From Raillietiella orientalis (Eukaryota), in contig JAYWIR010000026.1 in assembly GCA_036172245.1 (NCBI GenBank), positions 1-64,000 on the forward strand: a stretch of 64,000 bases of DNA. The letters are read 5' to 3'. Below are positions 61,635-64,000 of this stretch, piece after piece. The position numbers were made by a program, and so were the translations under genes. Position 1 is the first letter of the stretch, and every line of letters starts with the position of its first letter. Under the pieces are notes generated by a model that made no database searches, was not told the origin of the DNA, and saw nothing but the letters and a program-made list of their open reading frames with translations.

Positions 61635-64000
61635 TTTTCACCCGGATATCGGAGAGGATTCCGATGGCAGCAACAAAGCGAAACCAAACGAGCCGAAGGG
61701 CAACACAATCCACTAGCAGGTGGGGGAGGGATTCCCATTCCCAACACCTAACGCAATTGCGGTACACAGCTCCCCAGGTCCAGTGGTATCGGCGGGCGTT
61801 GCAATGGAGTCCCCAGTGCTGCAACAAGAGAGCCGAATCCTGCCATTTTAAAGGGAGGGCGGATGTGTTGATGAGCACCGGGGGCCACTTCAGATGTTCA
61901 ATGGGAACATCGAGCAGCGCGCCACAGCGCAGAAGTCCATTGGAAGGCGTACTCGGAAACGCAGCGTCTGTTACCTGGCCCGTCTTCCACTCTCCTATCT
62001 TCTTCTCCTTTTTGGAGATTGTTACTGTAAACTCCCACTTCGCCGCAACATCGCTGTCCAGATCCTTTAGCAGGGAGGGCAGCGCAGCAGCGAGAAGGGT
62101 TCTTCCTGCCCACGCTCTCTTCTTTGGATCCTCCAGGCTCTCGTGGAGCGTGCAACCTGTGTAACCCCCAAACAGGAACCTTCGTTCCTGTTGGGAGCGT
62201 TGCAAGCCGAACTCTTCCCACGTCCGAACGATTTCCTGCAACCAGGCACTATTGTTCAAAGGGCGACAGGTGAGCAATCCTGGGTTTTTCCGATACAGCG
62301 CAGCCACCCTCCGTAGCTGGAGTCCGCATCAGTTGACGCGGCGACGGAGTGTAAGAAACGACGTCAGTCCCGTCTTGCCGGTGGGTTGCTGGAGAAGGAG
62401 ACGTGCATGGACGCACCAACAGGTGCACCACAACTCTGGAACGAGTGCCGACAATCGGAACTGGAGCTGAAGCTCCAGCCGCTCCAGCGTCAGGAGGCCC
62501 AGACCACCATCCCGACGAGGAGCGCACAAGTCCTTTAAGCGGAATCGGGCCCTCCTGTTGCCCAAAAGGGCAATACGAAGGAGGTCCTTTGTCCACTTTT
62601 TAATTCTCTCTGTGGGGGGGTAAACAAAAAGCAGGGGGCGGAAGAGAGGAGCAGCGAACGTGTTCCAAGCAGCGGCCCGTTCAGTCAGGAAAAACCTGCC
62701 TCCTCGGAACGGGCCGATCGCCGTCTCTACTTTTTGAGGCAGCCGGACCACGCTTCCGCAGGACAGTAGTCCCCCAACGGCAGACCAAGGTACTTGAAGT
62801 ACCTCACCGTGGGGATCCCCAAACGGACCCAGTCCTGCTGCCCTGCCGACACCGCACCCACTGGCATCACGGGCGACTTCGCCCTCTTCACCGTAAGTCC
62901 GGTTCCCTTATGCAGCAGGTCGAAGAACTCCTCGACCGCCGAAGCCGGGGAGGACATAGGGAGCAGCAGCAAAAGGTCGTCCGCGTACCCTGAAACGGCT
63001 GAACTACCGGCACAGTCGTGCGGCAGGTGCGCCAGTGTTCCCCTGTACGCTCTCAGTACCAACTCAAAGTAGGTACTGAACTGCAAGGGGCTCCGGCTGT
63101 CTCCCTACCGGATCCCACGCCGCACTGGCACGCTGTGCACGGTCTGTTCGCTAAAAGAAACGTTGATGAGTGCGTCGCGCCAGCAGGAGCGCAGATAGGC
63201 TACTAATGAGGCCGGGAAGCCCAAGCGTTACAGAAGCTCCAGAAGGAGATTCTGGTCGACGCAATCGAATGCCTTGCGCAAGTGGATTGCGACCCCAAGG
63301 GCTTCCTCCCCCACCCGACCTTCCGACCCCTTGCCGGCGCACGCGCCGAAATTCCGGCTGCGCACCAAGCTTTTTTTTTCTTGGAGCTCTAGCCAGGCGG
63401 AAGCGTGGAACACGTTCGTTTCCATGCTTCGCCCGGGAACAGCATATGTCTCTTCCGGGCTGACGAAGGTGTTAACAACCCGTCCCAGACGCTGTGCTTA
63501 AACGTGAGCCAGCAACATGGCGTCCGCATTCACTATTGTGATGGAACATCAGTTGTTAATGCTCCTCAGATCTCCTCTCTTAGGGAGGAGCCGCACCTTT
63601 GCCTGACGAAACGAGGCGGGAACGTCACCTGTTCCGCGTAATAGCAAGGTGAGTTGCTGTACCAGGGCGGTAAGCTCAGCCGCGAAAGTTTGGTGAAACT
63701 CCGCGGGCAGGCCATCCTCCCTTGGAGCTTTGCGCCTTTTGAGCTTTCCGATGGCCGAGAGGATCTCGTCCATCGTGAAAGGCTCGTCGAGGGTCTTTCT
63801 CTCCTCCTCCCCGATTGCTGGAGCGCCTCCCGGGAGCAAGAGTCGTGAGCGGTTCCTCTCCGGAGGTGCCCTGGAATACACGGAGGAGTAGTAACTCCGC
63901 GTCCGGCCGTGGATTTGGGCGCGTGCCGAGTGCTCCTGACCCTGATCGTCCAGCAAGCTGGCCTATCCGGACTGCCAGGCTTGCCACTTCTTCTCCCGCT
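61635..64000 (-). mobile_element. F-related LINE 3' part, antisense, running off the right edge
   Basis: APREDGLPAEF, HLRKAFD, GYADD, FKYLG, APRRDGGLG, CVRCWEWESLPHLLVDC; then jumps (3' UTR deleted) to the terminus CCGATATCCGGGTGAAAA. Confidence 0.85.

Noticed and set aside
1..64000. CRISPR arrays, tRNA/rRNA genes, telomeric repeats
   Set aside because: No regularly spaced repeats or recognisable RNA gene signatures were seen by eye; a covariance search was not run.

Overview
Eukaryotic DNA. About 80% of the window (1-14.8 kb and 25.0-64 kb) is a pile of non-LTR retrotransposons of the L1/Tx1 type. ORF1 has an RRM-like region plus two CCHC knuckles. ORF2 has an APE endonuclease, an RT with (Y)ADD and a C-terminal CxxC..H..C finger. 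At least six diverged families are present; the labels A-G are mine. No host gene, RNA gene or CRISPR could be supported, and 14.8-25.0 kb is AT-richer, decayed sequence. The main observation is that the elements are nested in each other at recurrent, nucleotide-precise sites inside conserved ORF2 coding motifs of other families. Family B inserts three times in the endonuclease GDFN codons (8-9 bp TSD ATTTCAAT[C]). Family A inserts antisense twice at the GFG|EG codons. Family F inserts antisense twice at EL|ADW. Single hits fall at YADD, KAFD and APRRD. One 22-kb nest reconstructs as B1 > C > A1 > B2, a cyclic host-parasite chain. The families share a 5' GGACGTGTTTT motif, a 3' AATAAA + CCCGG/CCGGG hairpin with almost no poly(A), and a fixed -1 ORF1/ORF2 junction (TAATG in B, no AUG in A, C and D). 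All alignments were made by eye; family assignments and some junctions are approximate.
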